DNA of 64,000 nt from Alphaproteobacteria bacterium. Lineage in GTDB: Bacteria > Pseudomonadota > Alphaproteobacteria > UBA6615. The notes beneath the pieces are model-generated. The model saw only the letters and a list, made by a program, of their open reading frames with translations. It was not told the DNA's origin and searched no databases. A program made the position numbers and the translations under genes. The stretch's first letter is position 1. Every line of letters begins with the position of its first letter. This document shows positions 35,687 to 46,643 of the stretch, piece after piece. Location: positions 66,916 through 130,915 of the forward strand of contig JANQOE010000039.1 of assembly GCA_028279245.1 (NCBI GenBank), written 5' to 3'.

Positions 35687-37087
35687 TCAGTGGGTTCCGT
35701 CGATCACCGCACCCTGCTCCTTGAGGCGTTCGCGCAAGGCGCCGACCTGAACCGTGCGGATGTCCTCTAGCTGATTGGCCGATGATGCCAGAGCCGCCGC
35801 CGTGCCCACCGCCTGCCCCATCGCCATGCAGGTCCCCATGACGCGGGCGGACCCGTGCGCCTCGCGCGTCGCCGACAAACAACGGCCGGCCAACAGGACA
35901 TTCTTGACGTTGCGCGGAATCAGGCAGCCGAGGGGAATGTCGTAAGACCCTCCGTCCTTGATCGGCTGGCGCAATTGATACCTTCCAGAGCCGTGGATAT
36001 CGACGTGATGGGCGCCCTTGGCGACGCCATCGTCGCGCTTCTTCGCATTCATGACATCATCGAAGTTGAGGACATAGTCACCGAGGATGCGCCGCGTCTC
36101 CCGGATACCGATCCGTGGCGCGATGCCAGAGAACTGGGCGTCTTCGAATCCGGGAACCCGCTTGGCCAGGAACCTCGAGCAAATCCACACCTGCTCCATG
36201 AGTTCGGGCAAGGTCTGCGTCAGTTTTTCGGTATCGGTCGCATCGACATTGGCGATGCGGGTGGTGTTGCAGTAGATCTCCCGCCGTTTCATTGATACCG
36301 GCCCGATGCCCATCAGGGCGGTCGGATACAATTCGCCTGAGGCGATGCCCGCGCTGATCAACGGCCCCTTGGCAACGAAGAACACCTTGGGGTAACCCTG
36401 TTCGACCAGACGCCGCAACTGCTCCTCTCGGCTGATGTTGTCGTAGTAGGGATTTTCCGCTACCGCGACGTTTTCCGGCTTCTCGGCGACGAACGACATT
36501 AGGCGTTCGGTATCCACGCCCATCATGCGAAAGACCAGGCTGACCGGCTGCAGAGCGCCTTCCTCGCCGCCCATCTCGTGCGGCGCGCCGGCCAGGTGGG
36601 CCAGATCGCCGTCGCCCGAACAGTCGACGAAGACCTTGCCGGTCACCAGCGTGCGCTGGTTCTTGTTGAGCAGGACGACACCGGTCACCTTGCCGTCCTG
36701 GACGACGACGTCCTCGGCAAAGGTATACAGCAGGAGCTTGATCCCCGCCCGCATCACGACATTCATGACGGCCAGCTTCATGACCTCGGGATCGACACAG
36801 ACGACCCAGATCGTTCGCCAATCGTAGAAGGCACCGACGTAACCACCCATCTTGTCACATTCGTCGAACAACTCGCGGGCAACGCCGCCGACCACCCATT
36901 CGCCGCGGGTGTTGAGGCATCCGTCAATCGGCAGGCCGCTGATCATCTCGCCACCGATCATCGGCCCGGCTTCGACCAGCAGTGTCCGCGACCCGTTGCG
37001 CGCCGCGCTGACCGCCGCCGCCACGCCCGCGGCACCCCCGCCAATCACGACGACGTCGTAGTCTTCCTGCCGCAACCGCTGCGCCAT
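35687..37087 (-). CDS. FAD-dependent oxidoreductase (FAD_oxidored/PF12831-like)
   Basis: N-term YDVVVIGGGAAGVAAAVSAARNGSRTLLVEAGPMIGG dinucleotide-binding motif. Confidence 0.8.
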   Translation of the reverse strand: MAQRLRQEDYDVVVIGGGAAGVAAAVSAARNGSRTLLVEAGPMIGGEMISGLPIDGCLNTRGEWVVGGVARELFDECDKMGGYVGAFYDWRTIWVVCVDPEVMKLAVMNVVMRAGIKLLLYTFAEDVVVQDGKVTGVVLLNKNQRTLVTGKVFVDCSGDGDLAHLAGAPHEMGGEEGALQPVSLVFRMMGVDTERLMSFVAEKPENVAVAENPYYDNISREEQLRRLVEQGYPKVFFVAKGPLISAGIASGELYPTALMGIGPVSMKRREIYCNTTRIANVDATDTEKLTQTLPELMEQVWICSRFLAKRVPGFEDAQFSGIAPRIGIRETRRILGDYVLNFDDVMNAKKRDDGVAKGAHHVDIHGSGRYQLRQPIKDGGSYDIPLGCLIPRNVKNVLLAGRCLSATREAHGSARVMGTCMAMGQAVGTAAALASSANQLEDIRTVQVGALRERLKEQGAVIDGTH

Positions 37088-37105
37088 TGCCGAACTCCTC
37101 CAGCA

Positions 37106-37861
37106 CTAATCCGCGATATCGAAGAAGCGGATGCGAATCTGTTCCATAAGCTGGTTCATAGCCACCTCCGCCCCGCGGCGGTCACGCCGGAAAAGGGCGT
37201 CGTACAGCTCCATCCGGCATTGCAGCGCATCGACATGGTGGGCCGGCGTGACAACGCGCTTGCGGATTGTGCGCCACATGTGGCCGGTTCGCATCTCCCA
37301 CAGGTCGCTGATGACCTTGATGAAGATGGTGTTGCGTGACGCCGCGGCGACAAGACGATGGAACTCGAACCGATGAGCTTCAGCCGCCGGACCGTCCACG
37401 TCCTTCTTCATGGCTTCAAGGCAGCGCGCCAACTCCGTCAGCTCTGTAGTCGTGATGTTGTCGGCGGCATCGGCAGCCGCGGCGCTTTCAATGACGATGC
37501 GGGCCCGGAATTGCTCCAACGGACTGGGGCCGGACACGTCCAGCCGCTCTGCGCTGCCGAGTCCCTTTCTTTCAGCCTCCTGCGATACGTAGGTGCCGTC
37601 CCCGACGCGCACCTCGATCAAACCCATGGTTTCCAGCACGATCATGGCTTCGCGGACCGTGGTCCGGCTGACCTGGAACTGGCTGGCCAATTCCCTCTCC
37701 GCCAGCAGCCGTGAGCCGGGAGGCAGCGGCAGTTCGCGAATTTGGCTGGCGATCTGGCGTGCCACGGCGAGGTACAGCCGTTGTTGATCCAACCGCTTGA
37801 ATCGCGGTACCGACGGGCTCGCATCGGCACCCGTTGATGTCCGTGTCGTAGTGGTTTTCAT
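37106..37861 (-). CDS. GntR family transcriptional regulator (FadR/FCD subfamily)
   Basis: ORF 37106..38113, start refined to ATG 37861; HTH ...ELASQFQVSRTTVREAMIVLETMGLIEVRVGDGTYV plus FCD C-terminal domain. Confidence 0.8.
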   Translation of the reverse strand: MKTTTTRTSTGADASPSVPRFKRLDQQRLYLAVARQIASQIRELPLPPGSRLLAERELASQFQVSRTTVREAMIVLETMGLIEVRVGDGTYVSQEAERKGLGSAERLDVSGPSPLEQFRARIVIESAAAADAADNITTTELTELARCLEAMKKDVDGPAAEAHRFEFHRLVAAASRNTIFIKVISDLWEMRTGHMWRTIRKRVVTPAHHVDALQCRMELYDALFRRDRRGAEVAMNQLMEQIRIRFFDIAD

Positions 37862-38001
37862 GGCATGTCCTTTGCCGCTCATTCCCAAAGGTTGGACCGA
37901 TAGACAGGAATAGCTTTCCGGCACCAGGCCAATAGCCCGCCGTCCGCTTCCAACGCGTGTGAACCGGTGCAAATCCAAAGGAAAGTGGGTCTGTTCACCA
38001 T

Positions 38002-39018
38002 CTAACGCTCCGCAAAATGGCAGGCCACGGCATGGCCGGAGCTCTCGCCGGTCAGGAGTGGCTCCTCCTCGGCGCAAATGGCCGGGTTGTCTTTCATCGT
38101 CCGTAGCGGACAACGGGTGTGGAAACGGCAGCCCGACGGCGGATTGTCGGGATTCGGCATGTCGCCGGACAGGACGACGCGCGAACGCGTCCTCTCCCGC
38201 TTCGGATCCGGCACCGGAACCGCCGACAGCAACGCCTGGGAATAGGGGTGGAGCGGATTGGCGTAAAAGGCGGTCTTGTCGGCCAACTCGACGATCTTGC
38301 CCAGATACATGACCGCGATCTTGTCGGAGATGTAACGCACCACCGCCAGGTCGTGGGCGATGAAGATCATCGACAGCTTCATTGTCTGCTTGATCTCCAG
38401 AAGCAGGTTGACGACCTGTGCCTGGATCGACACGTCGAGCGCGGAGATCGGTTCGTCGGCGACCAAAAAATCGGGATCGAGGGCAAGGGCGCGCGCGATG
38501 GCGATGCGTTGTGCCTGCCCACCCGAAAACTGATGAGGATACCGCACCCCGACGGTCGGGTTGAGGCCAACAAGTTGCAGGAGTTCGGCGACCCTTTCTC
38601 GGCGCTCCGCCCGGGTTCCGATGTGGTGAATTTCCAACGGCTCGCCGATGATCTGCGATACGCGCATCTTGGAATCGAGCGAGCTTCGCGGATCCTGAAA
38701 GATCATCTGCATGCGGCGGCGATAGGGCCGCATTTGTTTTTCCGGCATGCCGGCAATCTCGACTCCATCGAACCTCACCGAACCGGCTGTCGGCGGCGTG
38801 ATCTGAAGAATGGCGCGGCCCGCAGTCGATTTACCGGAGCCTGACTCGCCGACCAATCCAAGGGTCTCGCCGCGCTTCACTGAAAACCCGACGTTGTCCA
38901 CCGCGCGGACGCTCGCGAACCGAACCGACAGGTTCGATACTTCCAACAATGACTGCCCCGGGTCGGGCGCGCCGGACGGCGCATTGGCTGCATGGCCGGC
39001 TTCATGGATTTGCGTCAT
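38002..39018 (-). CDS. Oligopeptide/dipeptide ABC transporter ATP-binding protein (DppF/OppF-like)
   Basis: Walker [10 protein letters not shown], signature [16 protein letters not shown]-terminal oligopeptide-ABC Cys motif CRFHTRCP. Confidence 0.9.
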   Translation of the reverse strand: MTQIHEAGHAANAPSGAPDPGQSLLEVSNLSVRFASVRAVDNVGFSVKRGETLGLVGESGSGKSTAGRAILQITPPTAGSVRFDGVEIAGMPEKQMRPYRRRMQMIFQDPRSSLDSKMRVSQIIGEPLEIHHIGTRAERRERVAELLQLVGLNPTVGVRYPHQFSGGQAQRIAIARALALDPDFLVADEPISALDVSIQAQVVNLLLEIKQTMKLSMIFIAHDLAVVRYISDKIAVMYLGKIVELADKTAFYANPLHPYSQALLSAVPVPDPKRERTRSRVVLSGDMPNPDNPPSGCRFHTRCPLRTMKDNPAICAEEEPLLTGESSGHAVACHFAER

Positions 39019-39031
39019 TGCCCGTCCCCTG

Positions 39032-40174
39032 TCATCCTCCGACGGCCGCGGAGGAGCGTATCTGCTTTACAAGCCCAGGATCCCCAAGATCCGATTGCCA
39101 GTCGGTCGCCAGGAGCCAGCCGCCCTCGGTCACTTCCTGGCGCCCCCAGCAGCGAGTCAGGTGGCCTTCATTGGTATCGGGCGCCAGCAGCAGGTCTGGC
39201 TCCCGTTCCGCGCAGATATCGCGGCGGTAGGCGCACCGCGGCTGGAAACGGCAGCCCTTGGCCGACTTCGTCGCATCCGGCGGCACGCCCTCGATGGGCA
39301 CAAGCTTGTCGAGCGCCTCGCCTTCCAGCCGCGGAACCGAACGCAGCAAACCCCAGGTGTAGGGCATCGACGGATGGTCAAACAGGTCGTCCGTCGTCGC
39401 GGTCTCCACAACCCGGCCTGCATAGAGCACGTAGACCCGCTGGGCCATGCCGGCCACCACGCCCAGGTCGTGGGAGATCAGCACCATGGCAGTGCTCAGT
39501 TTGCTTGCTAGGTCTTTCAGGAGCTCCAGGATCTGCGCCTGAATGGTGACGTCGAGCGCCGTGGTCACTTCGTCGGCCAGAATGACATCCGGGTTGCACG
39601 AGATCGCGATCGCGATCATGACCCGCTGTCGCATGCCGCCGGAAAATTGATGGGGATACCAGGTCAGACGGTCTTCCGCGCCCGGGATGCCAACCAGTGT
39701 CAGCAGCTCGACAACACGCTCGCGCACCTCGTGCTTGGGCAGTTCCTCGTGCGCCCGGATGGCCTCCGCGATCTGCTCGCCGACGGTCAGCACCGGGTTG
39801 AGCGCCGCCATCGGATCCTGAAAGGCAAGGGCGATCTTATTGCCGCGCACCTCGCGCATGGTGGCTTCGTCGGCCTGGAGGAGATCGCGCCCCTCGAACA
39901 ACACGCGTCCCGAGTCGATGCGGGCGGTGGCTTTTGGAAGGAGCCTGAGGATCGAGCGCACCGCCACCGACTTGCCGGAACCAGACTCGCCTACCAGCGC
40001 GATGGTCTCTCCCTGCTGCACGCACAGGGACAGGTTCTGGACCGCCCAGACCACGCCCTGTTTGGTGGCAAAACTGATGCTTAGGCCCGAGACGTCGAGC
40101 AACAGCGGCTTACTATTCTCGCTCACGTCATGTCCCGTCCCGGCGCCGCGGCCGGCTGTCTGCTGTGCTCGCAC
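39032..40174 (-). CDS. Oligopeptide/dipeptide ABC transporter ATP-binding protein (DppD/OppD-like)
   Basis: Walker A GESGSGKS, signature [16 protein letters not shown]-terminal CRFQPRCAY motif. Confidence 0.9.
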   Translation of the reverse strand: MRAQQTAGRGAGTGHDVSENSKPLLLDVSGLSISFATKQGVVWAVQNLSLCVQQGETIALVGESGSGKSVAVRSILRLLPKATARIDSGRVLFEGRDLLQADEATMREVRGNKIALAFQDPMAALNPVLTVGEQIAEAIRAHEELPKHEVRERVVELLTLVGIPGAEDRLTWYPHQFSGGMRQRVMIAIAISCNPDVILADEVTTALDVTIQAQILELLKDLASKLSTAMVLISHDLGVVAGMAQRVYVLYAGRVVETATTDDLFDHPSMPYTWGLLRSVPRLEGEALDKLVPIEGVPPDATKSAKGCRFQPRCAYRRDICAEREPDLLLAPDTNEGHLTRCWGRQEVTEGGWLLATDWQSDLGDPGLVKQIRSSAAVGG

Positions 40175-41023
40175 TCATCCCCGCGGATCGGTGTAGTCCC
40201 GCAGGGCATCGGCCAGGAGGTTGAGTCCAAAAACAGCGATAAGAATCGCCGCACCCGAGAAAGCCGACAACCACGGCGCCGTCTCCAGGAAGGCGAAACC
40301 GGTTCGCAGCACCCCGCCCCAGCTCGAGGTCGGCGGTTGAACGCCGAGCCCGAGAAATGACAGGGCCGCCTCGGTAAGAATGGCGAAACCCACATGCAGC
40401 GACGCCATGACCATGACCGGTGTCGTCACATGCGGCCAGATGTGGCGAAAGATCAGGCGCTTCGGTTTGGCGCCGAGGGCGCGCGCCGCGGTGACGAAAT
40501 CCCGCTCCCGCACTGTCAACACCTGTCCCCGGGTCAGGCGCGCGAACACCGGCATGTCGGCAACGGCGATGGCAATGACGATCGTAAACGTTCCGGGACC
40601 GAGCGCGGCCGTGATGCCCAGGGCCAGCAGGACTGATGGAAACGCGAACAGGGCGTCCATGACGCGCATCATCGCTTCGTCCACCAGGCCCGACGCGTAG
40701 CCCGAGAGCAGGCCCAGGAACGACCCGAGTACCGCGGCCAGGCCGACCGACGCCACGCCGACCAACAACGCGACTTGGCTGCCGTGGATCAACCGCGACA
40801 ACAGGTCACGCCCCAAGTGGTCGGTGCCTAGCAGGTGATCGAGGGACGGCGGCTGCAAGACCACCGTGTAGTCCTGCGCGTTCGGATCCATCGGTGCGAT
40901 CACGTCCGCGAACAGGGCGGCGCAGACAATCACGACGATAATGCCCACCGCCACCGCGGACCGCGGCGTCGACACGAATTCCCGGAAGGCGCTGAATCGC
41001 GGCCCCAGCATCAATCGGTCCAT
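40175..41023 (-). CDS. ABC transporter permease (DppC/OppC-like)
   Basis: ORF 40175..41083; start refined to ATG 41023 to avoid 50-nt same-strand overlap; BPD_transp_1 permease. Confidence 0.8.
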   Translation of the reverse strand: MDRLMLGPRFSAFREFVSTPRSAVAVGIIVVIVCAALFADVIAPMDPNAQDYTVVLQPPSLDHLLGTDHLGRDLLSRLIHGSQVALLVGVASVGLAAVLGSFLGLLSGYASGLVDEAMMRVMDALFAFPSVLLALGITAALGPGTFTIVIAIAVADMPVFARLTRGQVLTVRERDFVTAARALGAKPKRLIFRHIWPHVTTPVMVMASLHVGFAILTEAALSFLGLGVQPPTSSWGGVLRTGFAFLETAPWLSAFSGAAILIAVFGLNLLADALRDYTDPRG

Positions 41024-41033
41024 GGCCGAGCTC

Positions 41034-41984
41034 TCACGCATAGCGGACCCGTGGGTCGAGGCGCGCATAGACGATGTCAGCAAGCAGGCTGGTCAGCAGC
41101 ACGGTCAGCGCCAAGAACATCATGACCGCCTGAATCATCGTGAAGTCGCGAAAAAAGATGGAATCGACGGCGAGCCGGCCCAGTCCGGGTATGGAAAACA
41201 CCACCTCGACGGTCGCGGCGCCGCCGAAGGTCTGGCCGACCTGCAGGCCGATCAGCGTCACCACCGGAAAGATGGCATTGCGAAACGCATGCTTGTAAAG
41301 AACCACCCGCTCCGTCAGGCCCTTGCTTCGGGCGGCAACTATGTACTCCTCTCCCAGAACCTCGATCACCGAGGCCCGGACCTGGCGGATCAGAACACCT
41401 GTCAGTCCCGAGGCCAGCGCGATTCCCGGCATGATCATCAGGCGCAGCGCCTCAACAGGGTTTTCCCAGAAGGGCACGAACCCTGATGGCGGCAGCCATC
41501 GCAGCCACACCGCAAAAACCAGCATCAGCATGATGCCGAGCCAGAACCCCGGCGTCGCGACCCCCAGGATCGCAAACAGCGTCCCGCCTGTGTCAACCAT
41601 GGTCCGCTGGCGAACCGCGGAAATGACCCCAACAGGTACCGAGACTAGGATGGACAGGGCCATGGCGAAAATTGCCAGCTGGATGGTCGGAACGGCGCGC
41701 GACACGATGGCTGGCCCGATGTCTTCCTGGGTCCGCATGGAGATGCCGAAGTCGCCGCGCAGCGCGTCGGTCAGCCAGTTCAGGTATTGAATGTACAGAG
41801 GCTGGTCGAGACCGAGGCTCGCCCGCAGCTCCTCGTAGCGCTGGGAATCGGCGCCGCCTTCCTCGCCGAGAATGGCAGCGGCGAGATCGCCGGGCAGCAC
41901 ATTGACGATGGAGAACGAAATAATGCTGACCAGGATCACTACGATGCAGGTCGTGAAGGCTCGCCGCGCTAGGAACTTTGCCAC
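41034..41984 (-). CDS. ABC transporter permease (DppB/OppB-like)
   Basis: MAKFLARRAFTTCIVVILVSIISFSIVNVLPGD typical DppB N-terminus. Confidence 0.9.
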   Translation of the reverse strand: MAKFLARRAFTTCIVVILVSIISFSIVNVLPGDLAAAILGEEGGADSQRYEELRASLGLDQPLYIQYLNWLTDALRGDFGISMRTQEDIGPAIVSRAVPTIQLAIFAMALSILVSVPVGVISAVRQRTMVDTGGTLFAILGVATPGFWLGIMLMLVFAVWLRWLPPSGFVPFWENPVEALRLMIMPGIALASGLTGVLIRQVRASVIEVLGEEYIVAARSKGLTERVVLYKHAFRNAIFPVVTLIGLQVGQTFGGAATVEVVFSIPGLGRLAVDSIFFRDFTMIQAVMMFLALTVLLTSLLADIVYARLDPRVRYA

Positions 41985-42122
41985 CGCGGCCTCGTGGTCA
42001 TGTCAATGGGCGCGTCATGGAGACGGATATCGACCGGCTTGCTGCCAGCCCGTTGGCACAGCCGGTCAACACCCTTATCCCCAACCGCCGACCAGCGCCC
42101 TGTTCGGCGGGCCGTCACCGTC

Positions 42123-43736
42123 CTACTGCTTCAGCCAGAGATAGCGTGAATCGTAGCCGGCACCGATTTCCATGCCCATCAGGGCGGCGGTGTGCGCCAT
42201 CAAAAGTGGCGTGCGATAACCGATAAGGTGATAGGCATCCTTATGGAGAATGCGCTGTATCTCCCTGTAGATGTCGCCGCGCTTCTCGATGTCGTATTCG
42301 GAACTGGCCTTGTCCCACAAGGCATCCACCTCTGCATTGGAATAGGACGCCCAGTTCGAGGACGATCCCGTTTTCGTCTCCCAGCGGAGCATCGGGTCAA
42401 GAAGGCTTGAGTTCCGATGAGCGAGTGCTTCGAAGTTGCCCTTGCGGCCATCGTCGACCCACGGCGTACGGTCCAGCAGTTCGATGTTTAGCTCGATGCC
42501 CACCTGGCCCAGCATGCCCTGAACAATTTCCAGCGGCTGCACGTCCGTCGGCCGGTTGATCACCTTGACGTTCAGCTCTATCCCGTCTGGGTATCCCGCC
42601 TCGGCAAGCAACTGCCTGGACTTTTCCGGGTCAAATTCGTAACGGGGCAAGGATTCGTCATAGCCCGGCATGCCCGGATACGAACCCCAATAGTATTGAG
42701 CGGTGCCGCTGCCGAAACCCAGTGCCGCGGCCATCGCATCCCGGTTGATGGCGTGCTGGACCGCCTGACGCAGCTTCACGTCCTTGGAGAACGGAGACTG
42801 AGAATCAGGGTTGGAGGAAATGTAAAAGCTGGGGGCGCCGACGAAGCGGGGTGCTTCAAAGACGTTGATGTTGGAATCCCGGCGCAGGCCCTCGATATCC
42901 TGCGGCAAGATACGCTGCACGAGGTGAACGTTGCCCGCCCGAAGTTCCAGCGTGGACACCGATGTGTCGGTAATCAGGCGTACGACGTATTCGTCGGCAT
43001 AAGGCAGCGGCTTGCCGTCGGCGCCCATCTGCCAGTGGTTGTCGAACTTCGTCAGTTCGATCCGGTCGTCTGGAATCCACCTTGCGACCTGATATGGTCC
43101 GCTACCGACCGGAGACCGGCCGAACTCGACCTCGCCTTTGCCCTCGACCGCCGCCTTGGACACCATATAGACGTTCAGAGGGTTGGCCGGCGACAGCATC
43201 ATCTGCAGCAGCGGCTGCGGCGCGCTGAGCTTCAGTTCGATCGTCATGGGATCGACGACCGTGATGGTCTCGATCGCTTCGACCGTCGTTGTGCGCCCCG
43301 AATCCTGGTGGTCGCGTGCGCGTTCCAGGTTCCATTTCGCCAGGTCAGCGTCCCATTTGGAACCGTCGTGGAAGACCACGCCGTCGCGAAGCTTCATAAC
43401 AACGGTGGTGGGATCCATGACCTCGTAGGTTGTCGCTAAGCCGGGGACGATGTCGTACTCGCCGTTTTCGACGGAGGTGTACTGAACATTGAACAGCGAA
43501 TCGAAAAACAGCGAGTAGTTGGTATCGCCCGCATTCGACAGATGCGGATCAAGCGTCGCCAACGCAAGCCACGCGGCCTCGACGATCTTTCCGCCGCGGG
43601 TCACGGTATCCTGAGCGGCGGCGTTCTGCGGGACCGTCGCGAACGCCAACAGCGCGAACGTCATGCCCGCTGCCATCGAGAACCTTGTCACGCGGCTCCG
43701 CAACGAACCGGTTCCTGATCTGCCATGTCGAAACAT
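42123..43736 (-). CDS. ABC transporter substrate-binding protein, family 5 (peptide/opine/nickel type)
   Basis: ORF 42123..43769; start refined to ATG 43736 (ggaggga SD; signal peptide MAAGMTFALLAFATVPQNAAAQD). Confidence 0.9.
   Translation of the reverse strand: MFRHGRSGTGSLRSRVTRFSMAAGMTFALLAFATVPQNAAAQDTVTRGGKIVEAAWLALATLDPHLSNAGDTNYSLFFDSLFNVQYTSVENGEYDIVPGLATTYEVMDPTTVVMKLRDGVVFHDGSKWDADLAKWNLERARDHQDSGRTTTVEAIETITVVDPMTIELKLSAPQPLLQMMLSPANPLNVYMVSKAAVEGKGEVEFGRSPVGSGPYQVARWIPDDRIELTKFDNHWQMGADGKPLPYADEYVVRLITDTSVSTLELRAGNVHLVQRILPQDIEGLRRDSNINVFEAPRFVGAPSFYISSNPDSQSPFSKDVKLRQAVQHAINRDAMAAALGFGSGTAQYYWGSYPGMPGYDESLPRYEFDPEKSRQLLAEAGYPDGIELNVKVINRPTDVQPLEIVQGMLGQVGIELNIELLDRTPWVDDGRKGNFEALAHRNSSLLDPMLRWETKTGSSSNWASYSNAEVDALWDKASSEYDIEKRGDIYREIQRILHKDAYHLIGYRTPLLMAHTAALMGMEIGAGYDSRYLWLKQ
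42252..42316. repeat. Parent copy of the 65-bp inverted repeat (inside SBP gene 3' end)
   Basis: Reverse complement identical to 35565..35629. Confidence 0.55.
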
Positions 43737-44000
43737 CGTGTTCTCCCTCCTGGTTTGGTGGCGGATCACCGCCGCCCGTGCCCTGCTCTAACTGTCAGCG
43801 GGGTCAGTAATCCCCCGCTTTTCGTTTTTCACTCAACTCAGCCGCTCCGGGCCGCGTACTGCCTCCTTGAGAAGGAACCCAGCTACGGCGTGAAAAAAAG
43901 CTTAGCCCGTCCAATGGTTGGACCAATATAGTGCCATGCCAAACGTGCGATCAAGGGGCGCCTGCCTGAGTCCATTGCCAAAGGACCGACCATTCGCTAG

Positions 44001-44026
44001 TGTCAATTTATCTGACAATTTGACAT
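44001..44026. promoter_or_regulatory. Candidate GntR-type operator in divergent promoter region (TGTCAATTTATCTGACA + CAATTTGACA)
   Basis: TGTCA-N7-TGACA inverted repeat with overlapping direct repeat CAATTT, between SBP (minus) and TauD (plus) starts. Confidence 0.3.
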
Positions 44027-44138
44027 TTCTGGCAACTTCCGGGCCAGATTGCGCATGGCCTCGCAAGATACTGCCAGCGCGTCAAAAAACCTCGTTGCAG
44101 GCCGCAACCCTGCGGCTTTCTATACCTGAGGTGACAGA

Positions 44139-45011
44139 ATGACCCTTTCTCACAGCTACGATGTACGCGCCCTGTCCCCGTTTCTTGGGTTGGAGGTGCG
44201 CGGCTTGGCCTTGTCCGCAGACATGTCGGACGAGAGTTTTTCGGTATTGCACGATGCTCTCGTGCGCGGCGCCGTCGCCGTCGTGCGGGACCAGCAATTA
44301 GGCCCCGAGGACTGCAAGGCCATTGGGCGGAGGATTGGTAAGTTGGAACCTCACTCGATCCTGCACTACCGCCATCCCGAGCACCCAGAACTCAGCTACA
44401 TCACGAACGTCGATAAGGACGGCAACGTGGACGACTATGGTGCCAACGAACGTGCGTCGGGCTGGCATTCGGATGGCTCTTTCAAGGAGAATCCCGACGC
44501 TGTGGCCTTTTTGGTGTCGGTCGCCGCACCATCCCGAGGCGGCCCAACAGAGTTCACCAGCATGGTTCGCGCGTGCGAAACACTGCCCGACGACCTTCGC
44601 CAACGCATTCACGGCATGAAGGCGTTTCACCTGCGCGGTGCGGGGTGGAAGGGCGAGGCGAAGACGCCGCCTCTAACGGAGCAGCAGAAGGCGACGGGCG
44701 AATTCAACGGTGCAGAGCATCCGATTGTCTTGGTGCATCCTTGGTCGAAGCGCGAGACGCTTTTCGTAAATCCAAGCCATACCAACAGCGTGGTGGGGTT
44801 GGACAAGGCCGAGAGCGACGCCCTGCTCGACGCGCTGTACGAGCATTCGATCAATCCCGAATTCCAGTACCACCACCAGTGGCGCCCAGGTGACGTGGTG
44901 TTTTGGGATCAGCGCTGCGTCATGCACCGCGCCGGTCGCGGAACGCCGAGCGGGGAGAAGCGGATCATGTTGCGCACCATGGTCACTTGTGAACCGCATC
45001 ATCTGAACTGA
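44139..45011 (+). CDS. TauD/TfdA family Fe(II)/2-oxoglutarate-dependent dioxygenase
   Basis: ...HSDGSFKENPDAVAFL... (HxD) and C-terminal ...HRAGRG...R; gaggtga SD. Confidence 0.85.
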   Translation: MTLSHSYDVRALSPFLGLEVRGLALSADMSDESFSVLHDALVRGAVAVVRDQQLGPEDCKAIGRRIGKLEPHSILHYRHPEHPELSYITNVDKDGNVDDYGANERASGWHSDGSFKENPDAVAFLVSVAAPSRGGPTEFTSMVRACETLPDDLRQRIHGMKAFHLRGAGWKGEAKTPPLTEQQKATGEFNGAEHPIVLVHPWSKRETLFVNPSHTNSVVGLDKAESDALLDALYEHSINPEFQYHHQWRPGDVVFWDQRCVMHRAGRGTPSGEKRIMLRTMVTCEPHHLN

Positions 45012-45089
45012 TACGCTTAAGCGGTTCATCGGCTGCGTAGGTCGATAGGGGGCCGTGTGTACTGGGCGAACTGATGAGGTGAATGAACA

Positions 45090-45824
45090 GTGAAGCCGGC
45101 AGCTTCATCGAAAGCGGAACCCACGCTTGTCCCCCTCGTCCGCACCAAACGACTCTACGAGCAGATTGCCGACGCAATCGTTCAGATGATGCACGAGAAC
45201 GACATGCAACCCGGCGATCGCATCCCGCCCGAACTGTCTTTGACGCGGCAGCTCGGGGTCAGCCGCCCGGCGGTGCGCGAGGCGATGATCGCGCTTGAGA
45301 CTGCGGGCCTAATTGAGGTCCGAATCGGTGACGGCACCTATATCCGGCGTATTCCCGGCCCGGATTCTTCCTTGCCATGGTCTCGCCCCGACGATCCCGG
45401 CCCAGGTCCCCGTGAACTGTACGAGGCCCAGGAAATCCTCGAAACCACAGCTGCGGCCTTGGCTGCCAAAACGATGACACCCGACGCCATCGATCGTCTC
45501 GAGTTGATCGTCGATAGGATGGAAAGCCAGCTGAAGGAAGGGGTACCGCCTGTCGACGAAACCATGGCGTTTCATGTCGGGCTTGCGCACGGCTGCGGCA
45601 ACACGGTCATCGCGGGTTATCTGCGTGACCTGTGGGCGAGACGGCATCAGGAACCGATGTGGACCACCATGCGCGACCACAACACCGTGCCGGACGACCT
45701 TTGGGACGGACTCGACATGCGCCGCAAGATGATTGCGTGCCTTCGCGCCAGGGACGGACGGGGCGCCCGCACCCTGATTCGTCGCCATTTCCGGCGTCGG
45801 CGAAAGATATACTTCTCGGAATGA
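45090..45824 (+). CDS. GntR family transcriptional regulator (FadR/FCD subfamily)
   Basis: HTH ...LTRQLGVSRPAVREAMIALETAGLIEVRIGDGTYI almost identical recognition helix to regulator at 37106..37861. Confidence 0.8.
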   Translation: MKPAASSKAEPTLVPLVRTKRLYEQIADAIVQMMHENDMQPGDRIPPELSLTRQLGVSRPAVREAMIALETAGLIEVRIGDGTYIRRIPGPDSSLPWSRPDDPGPGPRELYEAQEILETTAAALAAKTMTPDAIDRLELIVDRMESQLKEGVPPVDETMAFHVGLAHGCGNTVIAGYLRDLWARRHQEPMWTTMRDHNTVPDDLWDGLDMRRKMIACLRARDGRGARTLIRRHFRRRRKIYFSE

Positions 45825-45917
45825 GGCCGCGTTCCCTGAATTTCCGTGTTACTGGCGAATCGTTTCCTATTCCCCGGCATTCCGGCTCTATGACTGGCTG
45901 ACTCACCCTCCTGTGGT

Positions 45918-46349
45918 GTGGGGCGCATAATGTGTTCTATTGCGAATTTCCAACGCCTTGTGCAACTCGTCCCGAGCAGCATGAACAGGATCACTATGTG
46001 TCAAGGTAATTTTACGTTGATGACGGATGACCTTCCACGGGAGCTCGTCAGGTTCGGCGACAAGATATCGTTTGTTCATTTCCGAGATGTTCGTGGTGTC
46101 CCAGGTAACTTCGTGGAAACTTGGCATGATTGTGGCCAGACTGAGATGCTTGCCTGTATGAGGGCCTACAAAGAGATTGGATTTGACGGTGTTCTTCGAC
46201 CTGATCATGTACCGACCGTAGAAGGAGACAGAATAACGATGCCGGCTATTCGGCGTTCGGACGCCGCCTTTGCTAGCACAGACAAAAAGAAGAGGGCTTG
46301 TCAGCCTCGTAAGACTTGGGCTGCCTATCAACAAGTCGGATTGTGTTGA
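45918..46349 (+). pseudogene. Mannonate dehydratase (UxuA) C-terminal fragment
   Basis: ...FGDKISFVHFRDVRGVPGNFVETWHDCGQTEMLACMRAYKEIGFDGVLRPDHVPTVEGD... matches only the C-terminal third of UxuA (~390 aa full length). Confidence 0.55.
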
Positions 46350-46380
46350 CCTGCCACGGGTCATTCGGCGATGAGAGCGG

Positions 46381-46623
46381 TCAGTCCATTAACAATCCCC
46401 CATTCACATCAATGAACTCGCCGGTGAGATAGGCAGCCTGTTCGCTGCACAAGAAAGCGGCTATTGGGCCAATATCACCGGGCGTCCCACGTCGCATCAC
46501 AGGGATCTCCATACCTGGCAACAGATCCGTCGTTCGCGGATAGCCCATTACGTCATTGAACGCGGTTTCGCCGATACTTCCAGGCAGGATGGCGTTGACG
46601 GTGATGCCTTTGGGGCCAAACAC
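46381..46623 (-). pseudogene. Short-chain dehydrogenase/reductase (SDR) C-terminal 80-aa fragment
   Basis: GITVNAILPGSIGET...RRGTPGDIGPIAAFLCSEQAAYLTGEFIDVNGG is the SDR C-terminus only; N-terminal 170 aa missing (region occupied by DctP fragment). Confidence 0.5.
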
Positions 46624-46643
46624 AGGTCTTCGAGAGCGAATTC

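Noticed and set aside
35054-35770. 238-aa + strand ORF at the island boundary
   Set aside because: Low-complexity Arg-rich translation; its only protein-like segment is the duplicated 65-bp SBP fragment, so it is not an independent gene.
36078-37339. ORFs 36078..36821 (-) and 36578..37339 (+)
   Set aside because: Shadow frames inside the FAD-dependent oxidoreductase gene.
38119-39549. + strand ORFs antisense to the ABC ATPase genes
   Set aside because: Shadow ORFs; the minus-strand translations carry Walker A/B and ABC signature motifs.
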